From: an uncultured Nitrososphaerota archaeon
GTDB lineage: Archaea; Asgardarchaeota; Njordarchaeia; Njordarchaeales; Panguiarchaeaceae
Direction: 5' to 3'
Length of the DNA: 64,000 nucleotides
Assembly (NCBI GenBank): GCA_964636085.1
Contig: CAZWPQ010000003.1
Location: 3,015 to 67,014 of the forward strand
Part shown: one piece after another, positions 28,756 to 38,481 of the stretch
How positions within the stretch are numbered: position 1 is the stretch's first letter
How the letters are laid out: each line of letters begins with the position of its first letter
Notes under the pieces: model-generated
What the model was told of the DNA's origin: nothing
The model's input: only the letters and a program-made list of their open reading frames with translations
The model's database searches: none
Program-made: the position numbers and the translations under genes

Positions 28756-29754
28756 ATGCCAACCGAGGAGATCAGGTTTTTTATACAAAATATCCTAAAT
28801 AGGGGCAATATGCTAGGAATAGAAAGGGCAGTACTGGATGTATATCTTGCTGAGGGCATTAAGAGTGATAAGAATCCTGACGTATTACTCTGCATAGATT
28901 CATATACGGTATTTGGCGGGTTTTTGGAGGTTCTATTTGCTAAAATGGTCAAGGATGCGGAAGGTCGGGATGTAAGAGGTGCAAAATGGGTTATTGATGA
29001 ATATAATAGCTTTGTAAGCAATATTAAAAATTACGAGAGAGAGATTTTGGAAAGAACAAAAAAGTATTTTGAGAAGATAAATAATATCGCGGATGCTCTA
29101 AGGAAGTTAGGTAGGAAGATTAAGGTCCATCTAAGCGAGATATCAAGTGGTATTGAACTATATCTCTCTGGAAGATATGAGATCGTTAAAGATCATATCA
29201 CTAGAAAAATCAATGAGCTTAGTGCCGAGGGTTTAAATGAAGTGATTTTTATTTCCCCATTTGAGTATAGCTTATATAATTATGGTTACTTATCCCAAGC
29301 ATCAACGTCAGCCTTGAAGATAGATTTCTTTGCGGAGTATCTAATTGATAAAAATCCAGTACTAAAGGTTCCCAATAAAATTAGTGTGGCTATATTCGAC
29401 CCATACCTAGCACCAGTCTCTATGTTTCGCTCGGATATAAGAAGTGGAGTAGTTAAAACTATAGAATGTATAGAGAGACTTCTGGCAAACATAGCCAACA
29501 TGGAAATCGTGGATAAGAAGTATGATGGTGCACCCATCGGCTATGAGCAATTATGGATGATTAACCCGCTTACCTCGATAAGTCTTTCGAAAAATATTCT
29601 AGATTATTACAATGAAAAGGTCGATGTCATAATCACGGCGAGAACATCTACGGCTATGATTCTTGAAATGGCACGTACGTTATATGGCCTCGGACCAAGG
29701 ATATATGAATACTCAGATTTTGTTTCGAGGATAATATTGGGTATGGAGATTTGA
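28756..29754 (+). CDS. hypothetical protein resembling a cysteine-less CCG-domain (HdrB/GlcF/LutA C-terminal-like) protein
   Basis: VAIFDPYLAP..., ...DGAPIGYEQLWMINPLTS... and ...VDVIITARTSTAMILEM run parallel to the CCG-domain pattern (v.yhDPC..., CCG.gG...nP..s, d.ivtaCpsC..ql), with every Cys replaced. ATG 28756 is preceded by GGTGGA. Confidence 0.45.
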   Translation: MPTEEIRFFIQNILNRGNMLGIERAVLDVYLAEGIKSDKNPDVLLCIDSYTVFGGFLEVLFAKMVKDAEGRDVRGAKWVIDEYNSFVSNIKNYEREILERTKKYFEKINNIADALRKLGRKIKVHLSEISSGIELYLSGRYEIVKDHITRKINELSAEGLNEVIFISPFEYSLYNYGYLSQASTSALKIDFFAEYLIDKNPVLKVPNKISVAIFDPYLAPVSMFRSDIRSGVVKTIECIERLLANIANMEIVDKKYDGAPIGYEQLWMINPLTSISLSKNILDYYNEKVDVIITARTSTAMILEMARTLYGLGPRIYEYSDFVSRIILGMEI

Positions 29755-29762
29755 ATCCGGAT

Positions 29763-30581
29763 ATGTATTTAGCGGTTGTATTTATTGCCGCGGGAACACT
29801 CCAAGGAATATTGGAGTGGTTGCCGATATCTAGTGAAGCATTTATTTTTCTTTTTTTGGTTCTATGTGGAATTCCATCATCAACAGCATTATTATTGGCT
29901 ATGGTGTTCCATCTACCAACAGGTATATCCGCCATAATCTATTATCGTAGGGAGTACAAGAAGTTATTTATTGATATCACAAACCTACGACTCTCAAGAT
30001 TATCAATGTATGTAATTTTATCAACACTTTCAACGGGCATTGTCGCAGTACCCCTGTATTTTGCTCTAAAGGGCATAATGGTGAAATTCGAGCAAATAAT
30101 TGATTATGTTGTAAGTGCCATAATGATGATGATAGGTGTGTTGATGATAATTACTGGTATCTTGACCGGGAAAACTATAAGGCCTGGAGATAGGGAACTC
30201 GAGGACTGTCGGCCTAATGATGCGATCTATGTGGGTCTTGCTCAGGGTTTCTCCATATTGCCAGGTGTTTCGAGATCTGCAGTAACAATTGCTGCGCTTC
30301 TATACAGAAAATTCGACGAGAGGTCGAGCATTAATGGTTCCTTTATTCTGTCAGGGGTTGTATCTATTGGAGTATTTGTTTTTCTACTTGTGGCGGGAGA
30401 GTTGTCGCTTCAATTCATAATGAACAAAGTGGTACTTCTATCTATTGTTTTTACGATTATTATGTCGTTATTGGTAATAAGATTCATGCTAGATTTAGCC
30501 GAGAAACTAAGATATGCTGGAGTTTTGAGGTTCACGGGTATATTAATGTTGATTTCTGGAATTCTGACGCTGATAGTTTGA
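29763..30581 (+). CDS. uppP: undecaprenyl/polyprenyl-diphosphatase (UppP/BacA family)
   Basis: LQGILEWLPISSEAF and GLAQGFSILPGVSRSAVTI motifs; polytopic membrane protein. Confidence 0.85.
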   Translation: MYLAVVFIAAGTLQGILEWLPISSEAFIFLFLVLCGIPSSTALLLAMVFHLPTGISAIIYYRREYKKLFIDITNLRLSRLSMYVILSTLSTGIVAVPLYFALKGIMVKFEQIIDYVVSAIMMMIGVLMIITGILTGKTIRPGDRELEDCRPNDAIYVGLAQGFSILPGVSRSAVTIAALLYRKFDERSSINGSFILSGVVSIGVFVFLLVAGELSLQFIMNKVVLLSIVFTIIMSLLVIRFMLDLAEKLRYAGVLRFTGILMLISGILTLIV

Positions 30582-30745
30582 TTGTTTCTAAATGTAGACG
30601 ATCTCTGTATTTTTTAGAGGTTTTAAAAAGCAATAAATATACGATAAATATAGGGTAAGCCCTCATCTACATATATAGCACTGGACATTATTAACCTTTT
30701 AATTATAACCGTTTTTTTCCTATCAATAAAAGTTGGTGGTGGAAT

Positions 30746-31825
30746 ATGGCGAAAATAAGAGTTGCTATTGCTGGGCTAGGAAATTGTGCTTCCAGTCTGA
30801 TCCAGGGAGTTTTTTATTATAAGGACGCAAAAGATGATGAAGAAGTCCCAGGACTAATGCATGTTAGATTCGGCTCATATCATGTTAGGGACATAGAATT
30901 CGTAGCTGCATTCGAAGTTGACAGTAGGAAAATAGGGAAGGATATTTCTGAAGCTATCTTCGCTGGAAATAATTGTGTTCGGAAATTTGCTGATGTGCCC
31001 AGACTAGGTGTAAAGGTTCTTCCAGGTCCGATACTAGATGGTGTTGCTGATCACATGAAGGAGGCATTTGCTCCATATAACGAGAAGGAAGTAGAACCAA
31101 TTAATGTTGCTGATGTCCTAAGGGAGGTAAATGCAGATATGCTAATAAATTTCCTACCCGTAGGTTCCTATAATGCTACACGATATTATGCAAATGCCTG
31201 TCTCGAGGCCGGCTGTGCGTTCGTAAATTGTATCCCTGAGTTCATAGCTAGTGATCCTGCATGGTCCAAAAAGTTTGAAGATAAGGGCCTGCCTGTCGCG
31301 GGTGATGATATAAAATCCCAGCTAGGGGCAACAATAGTTCACAGAACGCTAGTGCAATTAATGAAGGATAGGGGAATAAGGGTTAAGAGGACATATCAGC
31401 TAAACATTGGTGGGAATACTGATTTCTTGAACATGACGGTGGAGGATAGACTTAAGTACAAAAGGATAAGCAAAACTGAGGCGGTAAAATCATTGATTGG
31501 GAAGGATATTCCAACAAGGATAGGCCCAAGTGACTATGTTCCGTTCTTGGGAGACACAAAGATAGCATACATATTTATAGAAGGAGAAAAGTTTGGGGGA
31601 TTTCCTGTCACGATAGAGGCCAAGCTAACCGTTGCGGACTCGCCAAACTCTGCTGGAGTCGTAATAGATGTCATAAGGGCAACAAAAATCGCTCTTGATA
31701 GGGGTATAAAAGGTGCATTGATTTCAATATCCGCCTACGCGTTCAAACACCCCCCAGTCCAAGTTCCTGACTATATAGCAAAGAGATGGGTGGAAGAATT
31801 CATCGAAGGGAAGAGAGACTCCTAG
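30746..31825 (+). CDS. ino1: myo-inositol-1-phosphate synthase (archaeal type)
   Basis: N-terminal IAGLGNCASSLIQG, then DDIKSQLGATIVHR and NIGGNTDFLN; about 360 aa, as in archaeal MIPS. Confidence 0.85.
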   Translation: MAKIRVAIAGLGNCASSLIQGVFYYKDAKDDEEVPGLMHVRFGSYHVRDIEFVAAFEVDSRKIGKDISEAIFAGNNCVRKFADVPRLGVKVLPGPILDGVADHMKEAFAPYNEKEVEPINVADVLREVNADMLINFLPVGSYNATRYYANACLEAGCAFVNCIPEFIASDPAWSKKFEDKGLPVAGDDIKSQLGATIVHRTLVQLMKDRGIRVKRTYQLNIGGNTDFLNMTVEDRLKYKRISKTEAVKSLIGKDIPTRIGPSDYVPFLGDTKIAYIFIEGEKFGGFPVTIEAKLTVADSPNSAGVVIDVIRATKIALDRGIKGALISISAYAFKHPPVQVPDYIAKRWVEEFIEGKRDS

Positions 31826-31863
31826 ATATGGAAACCCTTTTTATATCTTTTTAAGGATCTCTA

Positions 31864-32646
31864 ATGTTGCTTGATAGTAAGATACTAGCGTTGTTCTTTG
31901 ACATAGCTGAGAGAAACAGAGATAAGATAATCAATATGTTGAAGGAAAAAAGGATAGTTGGTATAAATCCACATGGAGGATATACGAGATATTTTGATAA
32001 GGCAATAGAAAGCCTAATAATTGGGGAATTGAGGAAATCAGGATATGAGGGCTATATAGTCGGCGAAGAATTAGGTATTTCTGATGGGAAGAGAGAGGAA
32101 TGGATATACATAGATCCATTGGATGGAAGCCACAACGTTGCTAGGGGGATAAACTTTTATTGTCTGAGCGTCGCCTATGGTACGGGTAGTAGGATAGATG
32201 ATGTAAAATCGGCACTCGTATGGGATATTCCTAATGATGTTTATTACGTCGCAGAAAAGGGGAAAGGTGCATATAGGCTCTATGGAAATAAGATGGAAAG
32301 AATTAAAACTACCAAGAATTACGATGTAATAATACTCGATGTCGGCTTTACAATAAAAGAGAAGTGCCTAAAAAAGATAGCCGAAATTGGAACATTTAGG
32401 AGACTGGGATCAATTATCATCTCGTCCATGAAGGTGGCGGAGGGAATGCTTGAAGGCATATTTGATGTAAACAAATTAAGAGCGACAGATGTTGCTGCTG
32501 CATATCTAATATTACAAGAAGCAAATGCCTATGCGTATGTGGAGCCAAAAGAGATACACACTAACCCCACAGTAAGGTTTATTGCCGCTAAAAACAAAGA
32601 TATATACGACATGCTGATGCAGATATACAAAAATTGTAAGGATTAG
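31864..32646 (+). CDS. inositol monophosphatase / FBPase family protein
   Basis: GEE and WIYIDPLDGSHN metal-binding motifs. Adjacent to the MIPS gene. Confidence 0.8.
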   Translation: MLLDSKILALFFDIAERNRDKIINMLKEKRIVGINPHGGYTRYFDKAIESLIIGELRKSGYEGYIVGEELGISDGKREEWIYIDPLDGSHNVARGINFYCLSVAYGTGSRIDDVKSALVWDIPNDVYYVAEKGKGAYRLYGNKMERIKTTKNYDVIILDVGFTIKEKCLKKIAEIGTFRRLGSIIISSMKVAEGMLEGIFDVNKLRATDVAAAYLILQEANAYAYVEPKEIHTNPTVRFIAAKNKDIYDMLMQIYKNCKD

Positions 32647-32705
32647 TCAATAGAACCCTAAGAGTTGTCTTTGTTTTTATTAGTTAAGCTAAATTCACCA
32701 GATAT

Positions 32706-33998
32706 CTATAGCGACCATGGATCGATCCATTCGATCTCTTCGAATTCTAGATTTATTTTGATTCTCCCAAAGGCTATTATTTTTATTCTGTCTGGTTCCG
32801 CCGCAGTATGAATTGTGAGTAGCCTGCTAGACGGATCAAACTTTGTGATTATCCCCATGTTTATCATGTCTCCATTATCATCCAGTAATCCTACAACCAT
32901 ATTCTCAAATATCTTAGGATTGAGCACCTTAACTTGTTTGCCTAGATTCTGAGAAATCGAATCTATTAGATCATTGGATATGTATTTCTCGGTTACTATT
33001 ATTACACAATCTGTGGTTTTTTCCATGTACTCTGGTTTATAGCCGAGTATTCCTATGACTTTTATAATCTCATCGGCGCTCATTTCTATACCTGTACCAA
33101 AATAAGAATACATGAATGCAACATCATCAACTGAGATCTTGATCTGCTTTGCGTTTTGAAACTCCCACGCATAGTATTTTGCTCTTAATTTTCTCCTCTC
33201 CTCACGTGTTCTAGATCTCAATCTCGGGGCTGCCGGTATAATTCTACACAATATACCTAGATTTTGCGCTATTTTGTGTATGTAGTTCAATTCATTCTTT
33301 TCTCGTTCCAGGATAACCATAAAGTCTGGGGATATCGCCAGCAACTTCATCTCCTTAAGCTCCCGGCCACCAGCGCCATGTACCCATCCAGTGGTGTTGA
33401 CCATTATTAGGTCGGCCCCCGCCTTTCTTGCCTCCCTTATCATCCTTATGACACCAACAATCGAGCGCTCAAGCATTCCAGCGGGAGATGTGGATCCAAC
33501 GAAGAAGGCCTTGGTATATCTTGCTTGGGATAGATGTATTATATGGTGCTCAATTATCGCCATTCCTATGGTCATGGGCGGATTTAATTCACTTTGTCCA
33601 GTATCCGCGCCAATTATTGCTACTTTTTTTCCCTCCGCAATGGCTCTATTGGTTGTGTAGCATATAAAACCTGACTTTCCGGTGTCTACATTCGCGCATA
33701 TAAAGACAATGGAACCATGTGGTAAATTAATTATTTCCCGGGCAACGCTTTTCCATTCTTCGGGTATCAGCCTTATGGGTGTCTCTGCTATATATCCATC
33801 CTCACCGAATTCTATTTCTATATCTGAATCCTCTAGGGGCTCGAGTGGAGCGGAAGTAAGTTTGTCTATAAATACTTCGGATCCTTTTGGATATTCGGCT
33901 CCAAATATAGAAACCCTACCACTTATAACCCTTATGGACAAGTCGCCAACAAGAAGAATATTGCGATTCTTCTCTAATCTTAGCCTCATCATCTGCAC
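32706..33998 (-). CDS. Clp1/Grc3-family polynucleotide 5'-kinase (P-loop NTPase)
   Basis: P-loop GANVDTGKSGF followed by IGADTGQSE and NTTGW, typical of the archaeal Clp1 central domain. Confidence 0.7.
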   Translation of the reverse strand: MQMMRLRLEKNRNILLVGDLSIRVISGRVSIFGAEYPKGSEVFIDKLTSAPLEPLEDSDIEIEFGEDGYIAETPIRLIPEEWKSVAREIINLPHGSIVFICANVDTGKSGFICYTTNRAIAEGKKVAIIGADTGQSELNPPMTIGMAIIEHHIIHLSQARYTKAFFVGSTSPAGMLERSIVGVIRMIREARKAGADLIMVNTTGWVHGAGGRELKEMKLLAISPDFMVILEREKNELNYIHKIAQNLGILCRIIPAAPRLRSRTREERRKLRAKYYAWEFQNAKQIKISVDDVAFMYSYFGTGIEMSADEIIKVIGILGYKPEYMEKTTDCVIIVTEKYISNDLIDSISQNLGKQVKVLNPKIFENMVVGLLDDNGDMINMGIITKFDPSSRLLTIHTAAEPDRIKIIAFGRIKINLEFEEIEWIDPWSL

Positions 33999-34060
33999 CA
34001 GTCGAAGTATATTTCACGTTTTCTCATTAATGACATTAAAATCTTCCAGAAAACAATTTA

Positions 34061-35032
34061 TTATTTGTTGAGCGATGAGAGCAGTGTCTTTTCTAAGCTC
34101 TCACTTAGCCTCCTGCGTAGTATCTTCTTCTTTTTTATCGTATCCTCGGTTAATTCTAGTATCCTTGGGTCGCCATATTTTTCTAGGTCTATTTCGTAGA
34201 AGGGTTTTCTCTCTTTGTCCTGCAGTATCCGTATGATTGCATGCTTAATCGTCTCTCTACATGCATGATTCAGTTCTTTGGAAATATCAAGTAGCGGCTC
34301 GAAATCATCATAGAAAATGCTGACTAATGTATTTGTCATGATTGCTTGTGCCTCCATAAGAGATTTTGGCCCCAGATATTTGAAGAGGTTAAAGCATCTG
34401 CCAATAACCTCTAGCATAAGATCCTTAGAGATCTTATCCACGTATATCGCAACTTTAGAGAGGACATCAATCTTGTAAATTGGTGTGAGGAGAAGGGTCG
34501 CATTGACGATGTTCGTAAGAACCCTTATATTTCGCTCAACTTCAAACCCTATTTTCACAAACAATTGTGCAGACTGAATTGCCGTACCCCCAAAAACACT
34601 AGTGTATGAAAATGGGAGCGTCTTAACGGAGCTCTGTATAAGGTCATATGAGTATGCCCTGCTTATATCGCTAATAGGTTTGGCTAGAGTAATATATGAT
34701 AGACTTCTAAAACCAAGAGGCATATCCCTTATCGCCTGTATCCCGGCCTTATAAAATTCTCTCCAGTCCACATTAGCAACTAGAGAGTGTCCAATAGCAT
34801 AGGACAATACGTCGATGTACCAGAAGCTGGGATATATTATTCTTGCGACCCTCCAGAACAGGTTAATATCATAGGGGAGCAATGCTCTTGCACACAAGTA
34901 CGCTAGCTCTCTTCTATCCTCTTCTCTGAGGTCACTATCTGGCGATAAGATAAAATTTATAATTTCTATCGGAGGTTCGGATCCAGACTTTATTGATTCA
35001 TGCAACACCTGCTTTGCCTCAGCTAGGTTCAT
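34061..35032 (-). CDS. hypothetical alpha-helical protein (possible paralog of 24597..26678)
   Basis: 323-aa ORF immediately upstream of the Clp1-like gene on the same strand. Shares motifs with the 693-aa protein. Confidence 0.6.
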   Translation of the reverse strand: MNLAEAKQVLHESIKSGSEPPIEIINFILSPDSDLREEDRRELAYLCARALLPYDINLFWRVARIIYPSFWYIDVLSYAIGHSLVANVDWREFYKAGIQAIRDMPLGFRSLSYITLAKPISDISRAYSYDLIQSSVKTLPFSYTSVFGGTAIQSAQLFVKIGFEVERNIRVLTNIVNATLLLTPIYKIDVLSKVAIYVDKISKDLMLEVIGRCFNLFKYLGPKSLMEAQAIMTNTLVSIFYDDFEPLLDISKELNHACRETIKHAIIRILQDKERKPFYEIDLEKYGDPRILELTEDTIKKKKILRRRLSESLEKTLLSSLNK

Positions 35033-35187
35033 TAAGCACTCCTGTACATTGCTTAATCTTTTATATGAAAATGGGTAATTATGTGATCTTTATCACTAGA
35101 ATACTTAAATTATAAGTAGATTCTTAAAAACATATAATCGTGTTATACCCTTTAAGTGTTGTTTACATCAATAATCAGGGGACAACA

Positions 35188-35715
35188 ATGGGGGAGAGTA
35201 GTAAAGGGAAACATAGTAAGACAAAGTCGTATTACTGTCCGATATGTGGAGAAAGGTTTGGTGAGTTCTCCGAGTTAATTGATCACATAAGAAAAGAATC
35301 ATATGGAGACAAAGCACACGAGGTATTACTCACCGCTTACTATACAATGGTCACACATATAAATGCCGCTATCAACAGGCTTTTTGCCTCGTTCTCTCAA
35401 AAAATTAGGGAGATAGAGATGGAGGCGAAGTCTCTTAAGAAGCCAAGCGAGAAAAAGATCGGGGATATAATACTTAAGATACAACAAGAGATAGAAAAGA
35501 TTCCAGAGCCAGAGGATCCAATCGAGATGGCACTATATGAAAGTGTCGTGTCCAACATACAGGCAATACTCAATTGGCGAAGAAAGACAAAAAGAGATTT
35601 GTTGAGGATCCTGAGCGCGATAAGGGCAATATTTGTTGAGGGTAGAAAAGCATATATATCTATGCTTCTAAAGGCAGCAATGATACTCAGCAATAAGTAT
35701 TTCATCAGGGTATAA
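35188..35715 (+). CDS. C2H2-like zinc-finger protein with helical C-terminal region
   Basis: YYCPICGERFGEFSELIDHIRKE gives CxxC-x12-H. ATG 35188 is preceded by CAGGGGA. Confidence 0.6.
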   Translation: MGESSKGKHSKTKSYYCPICGERFGEFSELIDHIRKESYGDKAHEVLLTAYYTMVTHINAAINRLFASFSQKIREIEMEAKSLKKPSEKKIGDIILKIQQEIEKIPEPEDPIEMALYESVVSNIQAILNWRRKTKRDLLRILSAIRAIFVEGRKAYISMLLKAAMILSNKYFIRV

Positions 35716-36148
35716 TCAGAGCCTCGCGAGTTCTTCATCAATCCGAATAGGAACGTCTCATCATCCAATAAAATTCTAAATAAACTATCCATTTAATTGG
35801 CAAGATCGAGAAATAGTGGCCCGTAGATATAATAAGCTAGGTTAAATCTAGGTTGATGACTAATAAAAAAGCCCTAAATTCTGAGAAATGCTAATGTTTC
35901 TGGCTAACAATTATGTGGTCCCTGAGGCCTAGAATTATGAATTTAAATCACATTGATTTGGTCTTGGGAGAATAATATGATTTTCATCGAGCCAATTTTT
36001 ATTCGCTTAAACATACGATAATCTATAAAATTTCGCCAAATTATCCGTATTTCTGTCATTTAAAAGTCACTTTCTCAAAGTATATTAGATCTCCCCTATT
36101 TCACATCTAGATCACAGTATCACTATCCATGGATCAATAATAATAGGG

Positions 36149-36889
36149 GTGGTGAGGATTAAGATAGGACTCTTCGACATAAAATTCGTCCCAAAAACGA
36201 GTTGGCATAGGAGCATTGCATGTCTATCAAATGGGAGGATATGGTTTGGACATAAGGAAATAAAGCTCAACAGATACATAAGGCTTGTCTTTAGTAGGAT
36301 TTGGAGCAGGATAAGGAGAAGGGAACTGCTCCGTGCAAATTACTCCTGTGAGATTTGTGGTGCTGGGGATAGCTTACACATACATGAAGTATGGGAGTAT
36401 AATCTGAGAAAAAAGGAACAAGTCCTGAGGGGATACAAAGTGCTCTGTGGGGGGTGCCATAGGGTTCATCATTCGAGCAATCTAGTTGCAAAGGGAGAAA
36501 TAGATGATATAGTTAAATACATCATTGATGTAAACAAGAAGAGGGGAATTAGGGTCGGGAAGGTTTTTGTTGAAGAGCGTCTCTCCAAAGCCTATGACTT
36601 ATGGGAGGTTTATTCGGATTATTTCTGGGTTATTGATGTGAGCCGAGAATATCTTCTCTGGCCCTTTATTGATGTTGCACACTCCTTGCTTAACTATTGG
36701 ATTATCGAGTACAGAAAAAATAGTTTGGATCAATGGTTGACCCTTCCTACTAAAGGGTTGCCGACGCGTATTTATTATTGGTATCTACGTAGTTTTGGTT
36801 TCTCTAAGTACCGATTGGATCTGTCATATGAATTTGATTCCCTCACATGTCGTAAGTATCCCCTTATAGAGGAAAGAGATTTGCCTTAG
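36149..36889 (+). CDS. HNH-like zinc-binding nuclease-domain protein with W/Y-rich C-terminal domain
   Basis: CEICGAGDSLHIHEVWEY...VLCGGCHRVHH matches the CxxC...H-x-HE...CxxCH..H arrangement of HNH endonucleases. GTG start. The 3' end overlaps the convergent gene by 66 nt. Confidence 0.55.
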   Translation: MVRIKIGLFDIKFVPKTSWHRSIACLSNGRIWFGHKEIKLNRYIRLVFSRIWSRIRRRELLRANYSCEICGAGDSLHIHEVWEYNLRKKEQVLRGYKVLCGGCHRVHHSSNLVAKGEIDDIVKYIIDVNKKRGIRVGKVFVEERLSKAYDLWEVYSDYFWVIDVSREYLLWPFIDVAHSLLNYWIIEYRKNSLDQWLTLPTKGLPTRIYYWYLRSFGFSKYRLDLSYEFDSLTCRKYPLIEERDLP

Positions 36890-37426
36890 GGCTACATAGT
36901 AATCGAAATCTGTTATAGCCGCTATAGCGTCCACTGGGAGGACAATCTTGTATCCGTTTAGTGCAGCAGATCCAGCTGTATGAAGAACGCAAATATTTGC
37001 GACCACGCCACATAAAACCAGATACTCTATTCCATAAATCCTAAGAAGATGGTCTAATGGTGTTCCAAAAAAAGCATCATATCGAATTTTTCTAATGATA
37101 ATATCTTCCTTTCTCGGTTCAAGTTCATCAACTATCTTCCAACCCCATGTATTCTCAACGGCATGCCTTGGCCATATCTTAAACTCTGGATCATCCTGCG
37201 TATGTGTATCCATTGTGTATATAATCCTAACATTCTTCTCTCTTGCCGATTCAATCAGCCTCTTAATATTTGCGATAATCTTATCAGAACCCTTGACGAA
37301 TATGGCGCCCTTAGGATGCACAAAGTCATTTTGCATATCGACGACAACGATGGCTGTTTTGGTAGATGAAAGCTCTATATTTTCGATGAGTTCTATAGGA
37401 GGGACCTCAACAGTTTTTACCGTCAA
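36824..37426 (-). CDS. isochorismatase-family hydrolase (nicotinamidase/PncA-like)
   Basis: AIVVVDMQNDF, YTMDTH and catalytic-Cys region LVLCGVVANICV. Confidence 0.85.
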   Translation of the reverse strand: MTVKTVEVPPIELIENIELSSTKTAIVVVDMQNDFVHPKGAIFVKGSDKIIANIKRLIESAREKNVRIIYTMDTHTQDDPEFKIWPRHAVENTWGWKIVDELEPRKEDIIIRKIRYDAFFGTPLDHLLRIYGIEYLVLCGVVANICVLHTAGSAALNGYKIVLPVDAIAAITDFDYYVALRQISFLYKGILTTCEGIKFI

Positions 37427-37492
37427 CCCAAAACACCCCTATAATATTTATGGAAAAAATGAAAAATAATAAGGGGGTTAGATTCCGAGATG

Positions 37493-38038
37493 CTAGAATT
37501 CTTCATCAAGTAATCTCAGTAATGCCCTAGATTGGATTTTATCTAGTATTATTACTTGTTTGCATATCTCCTTTAGGTCTTTTTCGAGTCTCAAGGAAAT
37601 GCCTCTCTCAATGCCACCATATGCGAAGAGAATGAAACATGGTTTTTGCCCATTTTTGCTGTACCATCTATTGATTCTCCTATAGATCTTATGTGCTAGC
37701 CCTTCATCGAATATAGGATAGGTGGTGGTTTCAACAATCCAAATATTGTTTTCTTCGTCTACCCCTATTAGGTCTATCTCATAGTTATCTGATTTGACAT
37801 TTCTAGATAATATTTTTATGGGTCTAATGAATATGCCATCGATTTCGATGCCTCCTCTCTGGCCAATTTTGCTTATAACCGAAGCCGTTAACTGCTCCGC
37901 AGCCTTTCCAATGTATCTAGAATATGTTCCTAGGTAATATTGAAGCATTTTTCGAAGGTCCATTAGTACTCTCATAATGGAGTTTAATTTTTCTTGAAGT
38001 TCCTTACTCTGGGGGGTTCTTCCTTTATGTTTGTTCAT
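37493..38038 (-). CDS. putative PD-(D/E)xK nuclease-fold protein with N-terminal coiled coil
   Basis: YEIDLIGVDEENNIWIVETTT resembles the (E)ID...(V/I)E-x-K core, with the Lys position replaced by Thr. ATG 38038 forms an ATGA overlap with the upstream stop. Confidence 0.45.
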   Translation of the reverse strand: MNKHKGRTPQSKELQEKLNSIMRVLMDLRKMLQYYLGTYSRYIGKAAEQLTASVISKIGQRGGIEIDGIFIRPIKILSRNVKSDNYEIDLIGVDEENNIWIVETTTYPIFDEGLAHKIYRRINRWYSKNGQKPCFILFAYGGIERGISLRLEKDLKEICKQVIILDKIQSRALLRLLDEEF

Positions 38039-38460
38039 TCCGTAGACCACATAAGCTTGAGTTGTGTTTCTTCATCCAATCTTCGAATAATTGTTCTCGT
38101 TGGAATGAATATAAGCTCCATTGTAACAGATACTTGTGCTTCAAATAAATGCCCGCCATACATCCTATATTCCTCACCGGCCAGGCCTATGTGGGCGTGG
38201 ACAATGATGTTTTTTTCTTTATCTAGTGACAGATTTCCCAGCAGGCTAATGACTTCGAATCCTCCTTCTAATGTTCTTTTGAGATACCGTCCTTGACTGG
38301 TATCATAGAATCCAATCTCTGGATTTTTGACGGCTCCTATACCAAAAAAGAACCCAGACTTCTGATTGTAATTCATTGCAAAACCTTTTATACTTTCAAG
38401 AACGTAATCTCCTTTTTCTAATACTATGATAAAGATGTTCCCAGACTTAAACACCCTCAT
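38035..38460 (-). CDS. PPC (DUF296) domain DNA-binding protein
   Basis: FIIVLEKGDYVLESIKGFA...GIGAVKNPEIGFYD...GGFEVISLLGNLS...HAHIGL...GGHLFEAQVSVTMELIF matches the PPC/DUF296 pattern. Confidence 0.8.
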   Translation of the reverse strand: MRVFKSGNIFIIVLEKGDYVLESIKGFAMNYNQKSGFFFGIGAVKNPEIGFYDTSQGRYLKRTLEGGFEVISLLGNLSLDKEKNIIVHAHIGLAGEEYRMYGGHLFEAQVSVTMELIFIPTRTIIRRLDEETQLKLMWSTE

Positions 38461-38481
38461 TTTAGATGTACCAAAAAATCA

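Noticed and set aside
35853-35925. C/D box sRNA (TGATGA at 35854, CTGA at 35881 and 35922)
   Set aside because: The spacing is wrong: 21 nt between the C and D' boxes instead of about 12. There is no recognisable C' box and no terminal stem.
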